Source: a virus. Taken from it: a stretch of DNA of 64,000 nucleotides. A model generated the notes under the pieces. The model worked only from the letters and a program-made list of their open reading frames with translations. It had not been told where the DNA came from and did no database searches. Shown here piece by piece: positions 45,791-56,299 of this stretch (within the stretch, counting starts at the first letter, position 1; each line of letters starts with the position of its first letter). Where the stretch lies: positions 18,711 through 82,710 of the IMG/VR virus record IMGVR_UViG_3300024261_000015. The stretch is one strand, 5' to 3'. A program made the translations under genes and the position numbers.

Positions 45791-46612
45791 TCATTGATTG
45801 GGCCAGTCATCCCAAGTGTTGATGTCCCATTGACCGTAATCCATAAGGCTTCCATCAGCCCAACGGTTTCCGTTGACCTGAATCAGGGGGTCGTAGTCCC
45901 AAGAAAAAGGACCAAAGCGGTAATCATCGGTAAAGGTATTGTTATTCACGCGGCACATGGTAGGAGCTTGCCAAGGGGAGCCGTTCTTGTGAGTAAGGAA
46001 GATGGAAAAGTTTCCACCATCAAATAGGTTGCCAAAGATGAAGATGCGTGAGATATCAGCGCTTCCATCATGAATCATGCAACCAGCGTTGCTGCCCCAA
46101 GGACCGCTATCCGCATGACTGATGGGGATGTCGAAGTGATTGTAAGCAATCAAAACATTAGAGCCTCCAACCAGTTGAAGACCATCTGCATGAGAACCAG
46201 GAATTAAACCAAGACGAGCAGTATGATTTCCAATAAAGCGGGAATTGCCTCTAGTACTACATTTCATAGCATCAGAGCCCACATCGGTAATATCATTAAA
46301 CATGACTCTAGCATGGTGGACATAGATTCCAGTAGTTCCACCTCGAACAGTACAGTTCTCAATCAAGAGATTAGTTGAGCGAGGGTTCCCATTGGAGTCA
46401 TAATACACATTGGAGATACCGTACCATCCATCGGAACCATCCCAAGCCATATCAATAGTACAGTTTCGAATAATAACATCGTGAGCTTTCACAGAGAGGG
46501 TACTCGTAAAAGTTTGACCATCAATGATAGTACCGTCTACGGTAATAACATCAGCGAGTGCTGGGGCGGTAGCACCTAGCAGTAAGAACAAGGTTAAAAT
46601 AATTTTATTCAT
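45791..46612 (-). CDS. secreted right-handed parallel beta-helix protein (copy 1)
   Basis: close tandem paralog; both end DINTWDDWPNQ. Confidence 0.8.
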   Translation of the reverse strand: MNKIILTLFLLLGATAPALADVITVDGTIIDGQTFTSTLSVKAHDVIIRNCTIDMAWDGSDGWYGISNVYYDSNGNPRSTNLLIENCTVRGGTTGIYVHHARVMFNDITDVGSDAMKCSTRGNSRFIGNHTARLGLIPGSHADGLQLVGGSNVLIAYNHFDIPISHADSGPWGSNAGCMIHDGSADISRIFIFGNLFDGGNFSIFLTHKNGSPWQAPTMCRVNNNTFTDDYRFGPFSWDYDPLIQVNGNRWADGSLMDYGQWDINTWDDWPNQ

Positions 46613-46661
46613 ATTATATTATAGGTAATTTTTCAGGTTTTAATTGAAAAATTACTTAAAA

Positions 46662-48566
46662 TTAGAGTTCGCATACTCCATCTCTGCAAGTATCAATCCC
46701 ATCTGACCGTTCTTCATACTTCCCTTCCCTGATAAGCTTGTCCAGGTTAATCGAAGTCCAGTCCACGGCGGTTAGAGGCTCGTTACCTCTGGACCCCGCA
46801 CGGTAAAAGGTGAACCCTTTCAACTCGTTTGCGTATTCTGCAAGCTGTCCTTTGACCTCTTCCGTTGCTTTATAATTGTTAGGCAAGTTACATGTTTTTG
46901 AAACAGCCGAATCAATGAACGACTGTACGACTGCTTGTACTTTGATGTGTTCCTCTGGACTAACATCATATGCTCCAACACAGTGATTGAGGTCCCGTCC
47001 ATCCAAGTAGAGCTTTTTGAAGAGCGCGTCCACGACAAACGCTTCATTCCATACCCCATCAGTGCCTGTACGCCATTTGCGCTTATACACAGGAGCGAAG
47101 ATAGGCTCAAGACCAGTGCTAGTACCGAGAACCATACTAATTGTACCAGTAGGAGCAACAGTAAGTAGCACAGCATTACGAAGCCCTTTACTCCTGATAT
47201 CGTTACGAAGTCGGGAGGGGAGTGTTTGGAAGTATTTTTCATCTTTTAATTGGGTCCAGTCATAAGCAGGGAACGAGCCTTTCTCATCTCCTATCTCGCA
47301 AGACGCTTTGTAGGCTTCATTTCGAATGGTTCCAAACAACCTTTCAAGGAATTCAAGGCAATTATCCGAACCATAACGGTAACCAGCCTTGATTAAGAAG
47401 TAGTGAAGCCCCGTAATACCCAAACCGATTCGTCTAGACTTCAATCCAGCGTCTTTGCACTCCGTAATTGGGAAGTGATTAACCGAAAGTATGTTATCTA
47501 AGAATCTTACACCTAAACGTACTGTTCTAGCCAACTTTTTCCAGTCAACTGTGCCTTCATCCGACACCATATTGGAAAGATTGACGTGACCGAGACAACA
47601 ATTACCATAATTTGGTAAAACTTCCTCCCCGCATGGGTTTGTTGATGGCATGTACTCGAAATACGAGACATTTGTGAACTCATTTGCAAAATCAATGTTA
47701 AAAATTCCAGGTTCGCCCGATTCAATTGCATTTTCAACGATACGACCCCACAAATCTTTAGCTGAAATGTAGATTTTTACTGAATTTTCAAAGGAATCGT
47801 TGAAATGCTTCTTGTAAAACATAGCTGCGCGTCCAATCGCGTCCTCTTCGTCAAAAGCAACCACTTTAACCTTGTCATTACCTTCCTCGGAAATACGGTC
47901 TACTTCATATTGATAGAATTTTTGGTGACGTCCACCCCATGTAAAGTACCACTCCGCATCATTTTCCACCGCTTCAACGAAAGTTTTGGTTATAGCAACC
48001 GAAATGTTGAAGTTTGTAAGCTCATGACGGTCTAACTTTACGTCAAGGAACTCTAGAAAATCAGGATGAGTGATGTTTAGAATGGACATTAAAGCAGTAC
48101 GGCGGTTCTTACCTGCGCGTACATGGTTTCCAATCTCGTTAATCATACGCATAACGGAGATAGAACCTGGGGCGCTGTTCTTAATGTTCCCAATGTCGTT
48201 TCCTTTAGGTCTAATATTACTAAAGTTGAAGCCGATACCCCCACCTCCGCATGAGATTCTATACATGTCGGATATAGTCTTACCAATACTGTCTACTGAA
48301 TCCTTAGGGTCCAGCACATAACAGTTAAGGAGGTTCTGATGAGAGCGTCCCGACCCGAAAAGGATGCGACCACCAGGGCAGAAGTCCCCTGAACGAATAG
48401 AATCGTAGAACTTCTTCTCTATAGAGACTCTCTTTTCGTCCCCCTCCGCGCCTGCTGCGTGGGAAGCGACTCTCTTGGCACACTCCTTCCATGTTTGTTC
48501 ACCAGGGAAGGCGTACTTCTCCATAAATATTTGATGGCCTAAGCCTGTGGGTTCGAAATTGCTCAT
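46662..48566 (-). CDS. nrdJ: class II (B12-dependent) ribonucleotide reductase
   Basis: PGGRIL; LNCYV; TNPCGE; CCLG; RRIGLG; APTGTIS; C-terminal TCRDGVCEL. Confidence 0.88.
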   Translation of the reverse strand: MSNFEPTGLGHQIFMEKYAFPGEQTWKECAKRVASHAAGAEGDEKRVSIEKKFYDSIRSGDFCPGGRILFGSGRSHQNLLNCYVLDPKDSVDSIGKTISDMYRISCGGGGIGFNFSNIRPKGNDIGNIKNSAPGSISVMRMINEIGNHVRAGKNRRTALMSILNITHPDFLEFLDVKLDRHELTNFNISVAITKTFVEAVENDAEWYFTWGGRHQKFYQYEVDRISEEGNDKVKVVAFDEEDAIGRAAMFYKKHFNDSFENSVKIYISAKDLWGRIVENAIESGEPGIFNIDFANEFTNVSYFEYMPSTNPCGEEVLPNYGNCCLGHVNLSNMVSDEGTVDWKKLARTVRLGVRFLDNILSVNHFPITECKDAGLKSRRIGLGITGLHYFLIKAGYRYGSDNCLEFLERLFGTIRNEAYKASCEIGDEKGSFPAYDWTQLKDEKYFQTLPSRLRNDIRSKGLRNAVLLTVAPTGTISMVLGTSTGLEPIFAPVYKRKWRTGTDGVWNEAFVVDALFKKLYLDGRDLNHCVGAYDVSPEEHIKVQAVVQSFIDSAVSKTCNLPNNYKATEEVKGQLAEYANELKGFTFYRAGSRGNEPLTAVDWTSINLDKLIREGKYEERSDGIDTCRDGVCEL

Positions 48567-48661
48567 TGTTTTTAGTTTTGACGGGGCTTACCGAGGGACA
48601 TGCACTACATAATAGAACTTAGCGGGTCATTTCTGTACTCGATTGCCTATTATATATAACT

Positions 48662-49024
48662 ATGTGGAAACAAATTCTAACTAAAATCAAAGCAAGCTTG
48701 CTTGCAAATTGGAGCCAACTAGTTTGGTTCATTCTCGGCTCTCTTTTGGGTCTCTTTGTCCTAGGTGGCCTTGTCGGCTGCCGTGCAATTGACGGTACTA
48801 AATCTAGCCTTTCGGAAGTTGATGGTAGTGTGCGTAGCGTTCCCGTTTTGGGTTCTGTTTATGCCATTCCTTCGGATGTCGTTCAAGGGGTTTACGGTGT
48901 AGCCGAAAACGCTGTCGTTGAAACGGTTGAGCTTGTAGCTCCCACCGTTAAAGGTGTCTATGGTATGGTCGAAGGTGCTATTACTGAAACCGAGTGCGAC
49001 AAGTGCGATGTAAAAGAAGACTGA
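48662..49024 (+). CDS. membrane or lipoprotein
   Basis: hydrophobic segment ending LVGC; V.GVYG..E.A repeated. Confidence 0.6.
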   Translation: MWKQILTKIKASLLANWSQLVWFILGSLLGLFVLGGLVGCRAIDGTKSSLSEVDGSVRSVPVLGSVYAIPSDVVQGVYGVAENAVVETVELVAPTVKGVYGMVEGAITETECDKCDVKED

Positions 49025-49042
49025 CCTTACTTTTTTAATTTG

Positions 49043-49078
49043 AGCCATGGTGGGTTAATACTCATCATGGCTTTTTTT
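49043..49078 (+). terminator. intrinsic terminator
   Basis: AGCCATGGTGGGT-TAAT-ACTCATCATGGCT followed by a T run. Confidence 0.8.
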
Positions 49079-49134
49079 GTATCTACCCTAGATAATAAGA
49101 GCGCGAGTGCAGGGCGGGAGCGCACGCATACATA

Positions 49135-49941
49135 ATGGACTTCAACGAAAAGCTAAAACTCACAGGACATCTAGAGGTTATCAAGATAGATAACAAGACA
49201 GGTGAAGAGACCGTACTGTTCGATGACCATAACGTCATTACAAGCGGACTCGGACAGAGTATTGCCCAGTTTATGACGGCGTCTGGATGTTATAACCTAA
49301 CCCCCTCGACGAGTTCGTGCCTACCCGACTCCCAGCGTTATGGTCCCAGACCTTCTATTGTCCCCGAAGGGACCGAGAACCAACTCCGTGAATCAGCGGA
49401 ATGGTCAGAATCTTTTGCGGCTGCTGCAGCGAACACCTCATTACCCAAAGATTGTTATTGCTTTACTTTTGCCTCTATAAAATGGCCTATAACTAATAAT
49501 GGTTCCATAAGCCCTAGGAGCTTTATACTGAAAACATGTATGTGTTTGGATAAACTGCAAGCCAAGAAAATAAAAAAGGATATGGACCAAGCATATCCCG
49601 CAGGTGTTAATTTCACGCCTACGATTTATAACGCGTGGGGGGAATATTGGGTAGTAGGTTATGAACTTATTGAACGTGATTGCCTGTGCAGGTCTTCTGG
49701 TCCAAAAGCTAAGTGTAAAGGTACCCAAGAGTTTAAATTACTTGGGCCAGAAGGACGACCTTTGAATATAAATGATGGAGCTTGGGTTACTTCAACTGGT
49801 GAAATTCTACAATTCCCATCAACTGACAAGAAAGACATTTTACAAGCTATAGTAGACGTAGAAAGGGGACTCCCTCTTGCGTGCTGTGGAGATTGGAGGA
49901 GTTCTAATATTTCTTCTTCTACAAATACAGGTACCAATTAA
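49135..49941 (+). CDS. putative tail/baseplate protein N-terminal part with Cys-rich extension
   Basis: LTGHLEVIKID...DDHNVITSGLG, typical of tail-fibre-anchor N-termini. Confidence 0.55.
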   Translation: MDFNEKLKLTGHLEVIKIDNKTGEETVLFDDHNVITSGLGQSIAQFMTASGCYNLTPSTSSCLPDSQRYGPRPSIVPEGTENQLRESAEWSESFAAAAANTSLPKDCYCFTFASIKWPITNNGSISPRSFILKTCMCLDKLQAKKIKKDMDQAYPAGVNFTPTIYNAWGEYWVVGYELIERDCLCRSSGPKAKCKGTQEFKLLGPEGRPLNINDGAWVTSTGEILQFPSTDKKDILQAIVDVERGLPLACCGDWRSSNISSSTNTGTN

Positions 49942-49946
49942 AAAAG

Positions 49947-51674
49947 ATGAAAGACCCCATCCTAGAATTCTCATCAATATCAGTGGTATATGATTACATA
50001 AACAGCCTTCAGTCTAATACCCCCAGCGTCAGGGATGAATGTGATATCTCTTCCTACCAAATAAATCATTTTCAAGTAGGTCAAGGAGCTTCCTCAGTAG
50101 TAGAAGCGTCCTCTGTTATATCTTTAGGCGCACCCCTTACCGATGAGGAATATGGCGGAGTTCTTCGAAGTGTAGACGTGACGAGCGCAACGCTTTACAT
50201 TAGGGAAGGCGTACCCTTTACAGACCAGGACTTCGTTTCTATTACAAACCAAGGCCAGCTAGGAACTTCATCTCTTGTAAGTGTAGTATTTCTCGATGAA
50301 CAGACAGCTAATGGTACGACTATTAACGAGGTAGGTCTTTTTGTAGACAACCCATTCCTCGTACAAGGTCAGGCGTCTCAATTAGAGCAGGCACCTACTA
50401 ATAATCCAAATCAACTTGGGTTTGCGCCAAATTCACCTTCAAACTCTACGGTTGATACTTCCCCTAGAGAAGAGCCTGGGCACCTTTTGGCTGCTTACAG
50501 GCATATTACACCCATTCAGAAAGAAGACTACTTCTCTTTAATGATACGTTGGACCCTTAACTTTACCGAAGACAGGTCCCCCTTCGTACCCACCACCACA
50601 TCTGTAACCTCCTCCTATACTACTTCTACTTCCACAACCACTACCTCTACAACCTCTACTTCTACTGCTACTACCTCTACAACAACCTCTACTTCTTCAA
50701 CAACCTCTAGCTCTACTACCTTAACAACCACTACCTCTACTACTTCAACAACCTATACTACTACTCTTACTACTCTTACTACTACTACCCCCACTACCCT
50801 CACTACCCTCACTACTCTTACTACTACAACCTCTACCACTCTTACTACTACAACCTCTACTACCCCCACTACTCTTACTACTCTTACTACTCTTACTACT
50901 CCCACTACTCTTACTACTACAACCTCTACTCTTACTACTACAACCTCTACTACTCTTACTACTACAACCTCTACTACTCTTACTACTCTTACTACTACAA
51001 CCTCTACTACTCTTACTACTACAACCTCTACTACTCTTACTACTACCCCCACTACCCTCACTACCCTCACTACTCTTACTACTCTTACTACTACCCCCAC
51101 TACCCTCACTACTCTTACTACTCTTACTACTACAACCTCTACTACTCTTACTACTACAACCTCTACTACTCTTACTACTCTTACTACTCTTACTACTACA
51201 ACCTCTACTACTCTTACTACTACAACCTCAACTACCGCAGCAACGACAGTAGTAACAACGACTACGACCACTGCGGCCCTACAGACTCCTTGGTATACAT
51301 ATGTTGACCCCGATAACGGTAATGATGTACTAACTATTTATGCTGTACCCACGGCTTGGCCTCCACCGTATGGGCCAGGACGAATAGCTGGTAGTGCTGG
51401 AAATAGCTATTACCATGGTCTTAAAAGGAGTGGGTCTCGCCCAGGCCCATACAGCTATAGCTTAAAGCTATTTAATTCTGTATCAGCAACCATAGCTACT
51501 TACTCAGCATCGGCTAGCACAACCGCTATTGAGGACCTCGTTGAGGATATTAACACTGGTCACACTAATTACGACTACATTTTTGCCATTTTCCATAATG
51601 AGAGTGAGGCGGAATACTCAGAACCTAACACCTTTGCCAACGCAACTCAATTTACTAACGGAAGTGGCGGATAA
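49947..51674 (+). CDS. putative tail-fibre-anchor-like protein with mucin-like Thr-rich region
   Basis: FQVG; LDEQTANG.TINEVGLF; AAYR..PIQKED.FSL.IRWTL; about 225-aa T/S/L/P tract. Confidence 0.65.
   Translation: MKDPILEFSSISVVYDYINSLQSNTPSVRDECDISSYQINHFQVGQGASSVVEASSVISLGAPLTDEEYGGVLRSVDVTSATLYIREGVPFTDQDFVSITNQGQLGTSSLVSVVFLDEQTANGTTINEVGLFVDNPFLVQGQASQLEQAPTNNPNQLGFAPNSPSNSTVDTSPREEPGHLLAAYRHITPIQKEDYFSLMIRWTLNFTEDRSPFVPTTTSVTSSYTTSTSTTTTSTTSTSTATTSTTTSTSSTTSSSTTLTTTTSTTSTTYTTTLTTLTTTTPTTLTTLTTLTTTTSTTLTTTTSTTPTTLTTLTTLTTPTTLTTTTSTLTTTTSTTLTTTTSTTLTTLTTTTSTTLTTTTSTTLTTTPTTLTTLTTLTTLTTTPTTLTTLTTLTTTTSTTLTTTTSTTLTTLTTLTTTTSTTLTTTTSTTAATTVVTTTTTTAALQTPWYTYVDPDNGNDVLTIYAVPTAWPPPYGPGRIAGSAGNSYYHGLKRSGSRPGPYSYSLKLFNSVSATIATYSASASTTAIEDLVEDINTGHTNYDYIFAIFHNESEAEYSEPNTFANATQFTNGSGG
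50590..51272 (+). repeat. coding minisatellite (ACTACTCTT / ACTACAACCTCT units)
   Basis: almost G-free tandem units encoding TTL/TTTS. Confidence 0.95.
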
Positions 51675-51933
51675 AATCAAATTGGGATGGGTCAAATTCA
51701 GGCCACAATAAACTCTCTGGGTCCTTAATAAAAGCATACCACCTACCATCAATTCTTTTTTGCTTTACTTCCCACTTAGGGTGATTTACAACTGAAAGAT
51801 TTTCGCGCGGGAAGTCGTACCCAGGCTCTATCCTAACTATCCATGTACCGTCCTCTTCCAACGGAGAAGACATTCTAATAGCATACGGGGTATCGAGCCA
51901 GGACCAAACAGTATAGTAATTCTTTGTAGACAT
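51655..51933 (-). CDS. hypothetical protein
   Basis: divergent from 51947 across a 13-bp AT-rich spacer. Confidence 0.55.
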   Translation of the reverse strand: MSTKNYYTVWSWLDTPYAIRMSSPLEEDGTWIVRIEPGYDFPRENLSVVNHPKWEVKQKRIDGRWYAFIKDPESLLWPEFDPSQFDFIRHFR

Positions 51934-51946
51934 AGTATATAAAAGC

Positions 51947-52465
51947 GTGAAGAAAAAAGTTTTGTCAATATTTGGAGATGAATTTTTCCCGAAAGTGGGT
52001 GTAGGTTGGTCATCTCGTAAGAGGCAAGAGTCCGTGGACCTGCTAGTTGAGTTTTTTAAGCAGACTCAACCCGACTTGGTTTACATTATGCCTACTGGGG
52101 GGACCTGCTCGTTCGTAGGGGTTCTATGTTCTATATTAGAAATCCCTTATATTATGGTTTCTCCTTACCCTAATTTCTACAATAACGCTAAACTTGTAGA
52201 TAAGCTATGCATACGGCAGGCGATGGAGAAAGCTAAGTCGTTTGTTTTAATGGAATCTGAGGTTCCCGCCACAAGGAAAGATGGAGAGAACCTTTACGAG
52301 GACTCTGTAGAGTTTCTTTGCAGGGTTTCAGACGCTATCGTGTTTTTCTACAGTAAGGATACGACTAAATCCTACCGTTCCTTTATGGAAAAAACTTGTT
52401 CCGCTGTACCTCACATGAACTTGTGGGAGTTAGTTTACGATGGCGGGCAAATGGTTAGCGAATGA
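51947..52465 (+). CDS. SLOG/YspA-like protein
   Basis: SIFG; TGG...LEIPYIMVSPYP; SDAIVFF. Confidence 0.45.
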   Translation: MKKKVLSIFGDEFFPKVGVGWSSRKRQESVDLLVEFFKQTQPDLVYIMPTGGTCSFVGVLCSILEIPYIMVSPYPNFYNNAKLVDKLCIRQAMEKAKSFVLMESEVPATRKDGENLYEDSVEFLCRVSDAIVFFYSKDTTKSYRSFMEKTCSAVPHMNLWELVYDGGQMVSE

Positions 52466-53128
52466 CGCAGCAACTCTAGGAATATCCTCTTGGTACAAGG
52501 CGTTATAGTCACCCCCCGAAGCATGGCGGATTGATATGGGGAAAATCTTGTTAACTTTCTTCTTTATAAAACATTGAAGGGTTAAAAATGTATCGTAATG
52601 GTGCCATGCACTTTTCCACGCCTTCGGTGCGCGTAAAGAAATTGAGTGTAAAGTCTTTCCTGTAGTGGCTAAAAAGCAGCCGTCTAACGTAACTACATCT
52701 TTCGCAGTTCCGAAGAAGGTTAGGAACATGGTTTCGTAATCTTTACCGTGATACACCGCTCCTCCACCACAGTTATGCTGTTTGCTGCATGCATACCAAT
52801 TAATTGCTTCGGTTACGACTGCTGTACCTGCGACCCCCGCGAACCCTGTATGAGGGTCCTGAAGTTTAGCGTCTATAATACCGTTAAAATACTCGCTATT
52901 ATTTAGGATTTCGATATCGTCGTGACAAAAAATAACATAATCCTTTGCCAATACACCGCACTCTTCAACCCCGCTCCTTAAAGCTGCCAGCATGGACTCC
53001 GAATTCCTAACAAAGTGAACTTTCCACCCCGCACCCGTCAAAAAAGCGTTTAATTTTCCTACCGTGGTAGTTTTATCCTCGCAATCAGTCATTGATTCAC
53101 GCGTGGGTATGATTACGTAGCGGTTCAT
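52430..53128 (-). CDS. GT2-like glycosyltransferase
   Basis: YVIFCHDDIEI; GVAG; VVTLDGCFLA; WHHYD. Confidence 0.8.
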   Translation of the reverse strand: MNRYVIIPTRESMTDCEDKTTTVGKLNAFLTGAGWKVHFVRNSESMLAALRSGVEECGVLAKDYVIFCHDDIEILNNSEYFNGIIDAKLQDPHTGFAGVAGTAVVTEAINWYACSKQHNCGGGAVYHGKDYETMFLTFFGTAKDVVTLDGCFLATTGKTLHSISLRAPKAWKSAWHHYDTFLTLQCFIKKKVNKIFPISIRHASGGDYNALYQEDIPRVAASFANHLPAIVN

Positions 53129-53141
53129 GCTATATAATAGC

Positions 53142-54611
53142 GTGAAGAGAGAAGAAATTTTAGACGAACTAGAGAAATGTGCAACTGACCCCGTATATTT
53201 CATCAAGACGTATGTAAATGTTATTCACCCTATCAAGGGGGTTGTACCTTTCCACTTATTTCCGTTCCAAGAGCGTATGATTGGTGAGATTAACGATAAC
53301 CGCTTTACTTTGGTGAAAAAGTTCCGTCAGGCGGGAATTACTACGCTCTCTGCTGCATACTCTCTGTGGAAAATTATCTTTTTTGACCATCAGAACGTTA
53401 TGGTAGTGTCCATTGGCGATAGGGAGTCGCGAGCCTTCCTAGAACGCGTTGTGACGATGTATGATGACTTACCTGCATGGCTGAAGCCTAAGGAGGTAAT
53501 GCGTAACAAGCACGTCCTGAAGCTCTCTACGGGGTCGCAGATTAAATCACAGCCTGCTGGAGCGGGGCGCGGTGAATCGGTCTCTCTCCTTATCGTGGAT
53601 GAGGCTGCTTTCGTGGATAAGATGAGGGAGTTCTGGATGGCAATCTACCCTACGATTAGTACAGGAGGTTCCGCTTGTATCATCTCTACGGTTAATGGTA
53701 TGAGCAATCTTTACTATGAGCTTTACAAAGGCGCGATAGAGAAAATAAACAAGTTCCACATCGTAGATATTCAATGGGAAGAGCACCCATGGTATACCCC
53801 TGAATGGTATGCGGATACCCGACCAAACATGTCGGACAAAGCTTGGCTTCAGGAGTACGAATGCGAGTTCCTAGGTACGGGAGACACGTTCATTGATAGG
53901 CACACCCTAGTAACTATGAAAGAATCCTGCTCAGAAGAGTGGAGTTCTAAGTACACTCACCGTATGCGCGTGTGGGAAGAGCCCCAGCCTTATTACAACT
54001 ACCTATTAACGGTGGATGCCTCCTATGGCCGTGAGCGTGACCACTCCGCTTTCCATATTATTAATTTATATAACGGCGAGCAGGTAGCAGAATTCTACTC
54101 TAACGTCACTCCCATCAGTAAATTTGCGGAGATTATCAGGAAAGAAGGATACCATTACAATACTGCATATGTTCAAGTGGAGCGTAATGGTCTCGGGATG
54201 GCTCTTATCGAACAGTTATGGGAGATTTTAGAGTATGATAACCTTATCATGGATGATAAGGGCGAATTTGGCTTGATGCTGACAACTAAAAGTCGTGAAG
54301 TTGTTTTAACAGATTTGGAAGAGTGCCTGAGAAAAGGTAAAATAAAAATCAATTCCTCGCGCACAGTTGAAGAACTTTTAACTTTTATTATAAATGCGGA
54401 CACTGGTAAAGTGGAAGCAGATGAGGGGTATAATGATGACTTAGTAATGAGCTTGGCTTTAGCGGCCCACTCAATGGATGATATTTACCGTGGAAGTCCT
54501 GAACCTTTAACCTCAGGCGACGATAATAAATCCATGGCAATGCCTATAGTAAGTACTAAATATGCTGACGACGACGAGATACAACAATACCACCAATGGA
54601 TGAAAATGTAA
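53142..54611 (+). CDS. terL: terminase large subunit (T4 gp17-like; probable GTG start)
   Basis: DPVYFI; FQE; RQAGITT; LIVDEAAF; ISTVNG; QEYECEF; nuclease TVD, ERN, DDLVMS. Confidence 0.95.
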   Translation: MKREEILDELEKCATDPVYFIKTYVNVIHPIKGVVPFHLFPFQERMIGEINDNRFTLVKKFRQAGITTLSAAYSLWKIIFFDHQNVMVVSIGDRESRAFLERVVTMYDDLPAWLKPKEVMRNKHVLKLSTGSQIKSQPAGAGRGESVSLLIVDEAAFVDKMREFWMAIYPTISTGGSACIISTVNGMSNLYYELYKGAIEKINKFHIVDIQWEEHPWYTPEWYADTRPNMSDKAWLQEYECEFLGTGDTFIDRHTLVTMKESCSEEWSSKYTHRMRVWEEPQPYYNYLLTVDASYGRERDHSAFHIINLYNGEQVAEFYSNVTPISKFAEIIRKEGYHYNTAYVQVERNGLGMALIEQLWEILEYDNLIMDDKGEFGLMLTTKSREVVLTDLEECLRKGKIKINSSRTVEELLTFIINADTGKVEADEGYNDDLVMSLALAAHSMDDIYRGSPEPLTSGDDNKSMAMPIVSTKYADDDEIQQYHQWMKM

Positions 54612-56299
54612 ACAACGATAAAGTGGACGAGAACATGGGCGCAACAGAGTTCCCTAGCTCGCACACGTACGGAAAGGACGCTCCTGGATATAGAGGAAGG
54701 TTCTCCGCGTTCTGGCAGAACTTCGGTACTGGTGGAAAGAAGAAGCGTGGACGTCCACCTCTTGCACAACCTTTAGCGGGAGATGCTAAAAGCCCCGCAG
54801 ACGAGACCTTTGAGGATTTCGCTGGAGGGTATGGCAAACAAGGGACTAGTTATGGAATGCCTCGCGTTGAGCAGGAACGCCGCAGGCGTTATGCGGATTA
54901 CGAGCGAATGGACCTTGAGGCAGAAGTCGGCGCGGCACTTGATATTTACTCCGATGACGCTACGCAAGAGAACACTAAAAAGGAAATGTTTGAGCTTGAC
55001 ACAGACAATGAGGTTCTTAAGCGTGAAGTGGAGAGGTTTGTTAAGCAGACCAAGCTAGAGAAGTACATCTGGGATATTGTCCGAAATACAGCCAAGTATG
55101 GGGATTGCTTCGTTGAGAACGTAGTAGACCTTAACAACATTGACCAAGGCATCCGACGTCTTAAGATTCTCAACCCTAACTATATTTTCCGCGTAGAAGA
55201 TAAGTATGGGTATTTGAAAGAGTTTTTGCAGGAAATCCCTAACCGTGCAAATCAAACTACAGATTTATCTCAAAGCTTTCTTCCCGATAAGAAAAAGAAA
55301 AACTACATCACGCTCAACAAGGACCAGATTGTACACTTCCGCCGTATGACCTCGGATGCTAACTATTACCCTTATGGCAAGGGAATCCTAGCGTATGGCG
55401 TGCGAGTCTTTAAATCCCTAATGCTGATGGAGGATGCGATGCTTATCTATCGTATCCAACGCGCACCTGAAAGGCGTGCATTCTACCTGGAAACAGGTAA
55501 CCTACCACAGTCTAAAGTGGAAGCTTTCGTTGAACGTATTAAAGCTAAGTTCAAAAAGCAGTCCATGTGGAATCCAAACAGTAACTCTGTAGATTACAAT
55601 TACAACCCTCTTACAGTTGATGAGGATTTCTTTATCCCTATCCGTAACGGTCAAGGAACTAAGGTTGAAGTTCTCCCAGGCGCTCAAAACCTAGGAGAGA
55701 CGGATGATGTTAAGTACTTCCGTGATAAGCTCCTCGCCGCTCTTAAGGTCCCTAAGGACTTTATCGTTGAAAAGGATAGCTCCCCTGAACGTAAAGCTAA
55801 CCTATCTCAATTGGATGTTAAATTTGCAAAGGCGGTTCACAGACTGCAGGCAGATGTTGAGCGTAGTCTTAATGTCCTCCTGAAACGGCACCTTACTTTA
55901 CGAGGACTTCCTAAGAGTCTAATCGAATCGGTTGAAATGAGCCTCACTTCTCCTTCGGATATGTTTGAGAAGCGCCGACTTGAAGTGGATGAGCAGAAAG
56001 TGCGTATTGTCCAAGCCGTCAAAGGTTTGATGTTGTTTGATGACGAGTATCTTTACAAAACTTACTTCGGCATGACTGACTCTGAAGTTGATGAGATGAA
56101 GGAGCGTATGAAGAAGCAGTTTGAGGAGCAACCCCAAGAGGACCCGATGGGTATGGGCGGCGAAGGGATGCCCCCAATGGACGGTCTTGATGACGGTACT
56201 GACCCTGGCGTTGAAGAGGCAGGGGAAGAAGAGCTTGATGCAGACCAAGCTCCTCCAGGCACTACCTCTATAGGTAAGCCAGGTAACGTAAAATCCTAA
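54596..56299 (+). CDS. portal protein (T4 gp20-like)
   Basis: LMEDAMLIYRIQRAPERRAFY; EDFFIP.R; LPGAQNLG..DDVKYF. Confidence 0.95.
   Translation: MDENVNNDKVDENMGATEFPSSHTYGKDAPGYRGRFSAFWQNFGTGGKKKRGRPPLAQPLAGDAKSPADETFEDFAGGYGKQGTSYGMPRVEQERRRRYADYERMDLEAEVGAALDIYSDDATQENTKKEMFELDTDNEVLKREVERFVKQTKLEKYIWDIVRNTAKYGDCFVENVVDLNNIDQGIRRLKILNPNYIFRVEDKYGYLKEFLQEIPNRANQTTDLSQSFLPDKKKKNYITLNKDQIVHFRRMTSDANYYPYGKGILAYGVRVFKSLMLMEDAMLIYRIQRAPERRAFYLETGNLPQSKVEAFVERIKAKFKKQSMWNPNSNSVDYNYNPLTVDEDFFIPIRNGQGTKVEVLPGAQNLGETDDVKYFRDKLLAALKVPKDFIVEKDSSPERKANLSQLDVKFAKAVHRLQADVERSLNVLLKRHLTLRGLPKSLIESVEMSLTSPSDMFEKRRLEVDEQKVRIVQAVKGLMLFDDEYLYKTYFGMTDSEVDEMKERMKKQFEEQPQEDPMGMGGEGMPPMDGLDDGTDPGVEEAGEEELDADQAPPGTTSIGKPGNVKS

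Noticed and set aside
50753-51271. Val/Arg-rich minus-strand ORF
   Set aside because: Antisense shadow of the Thr-coding minisatellite.
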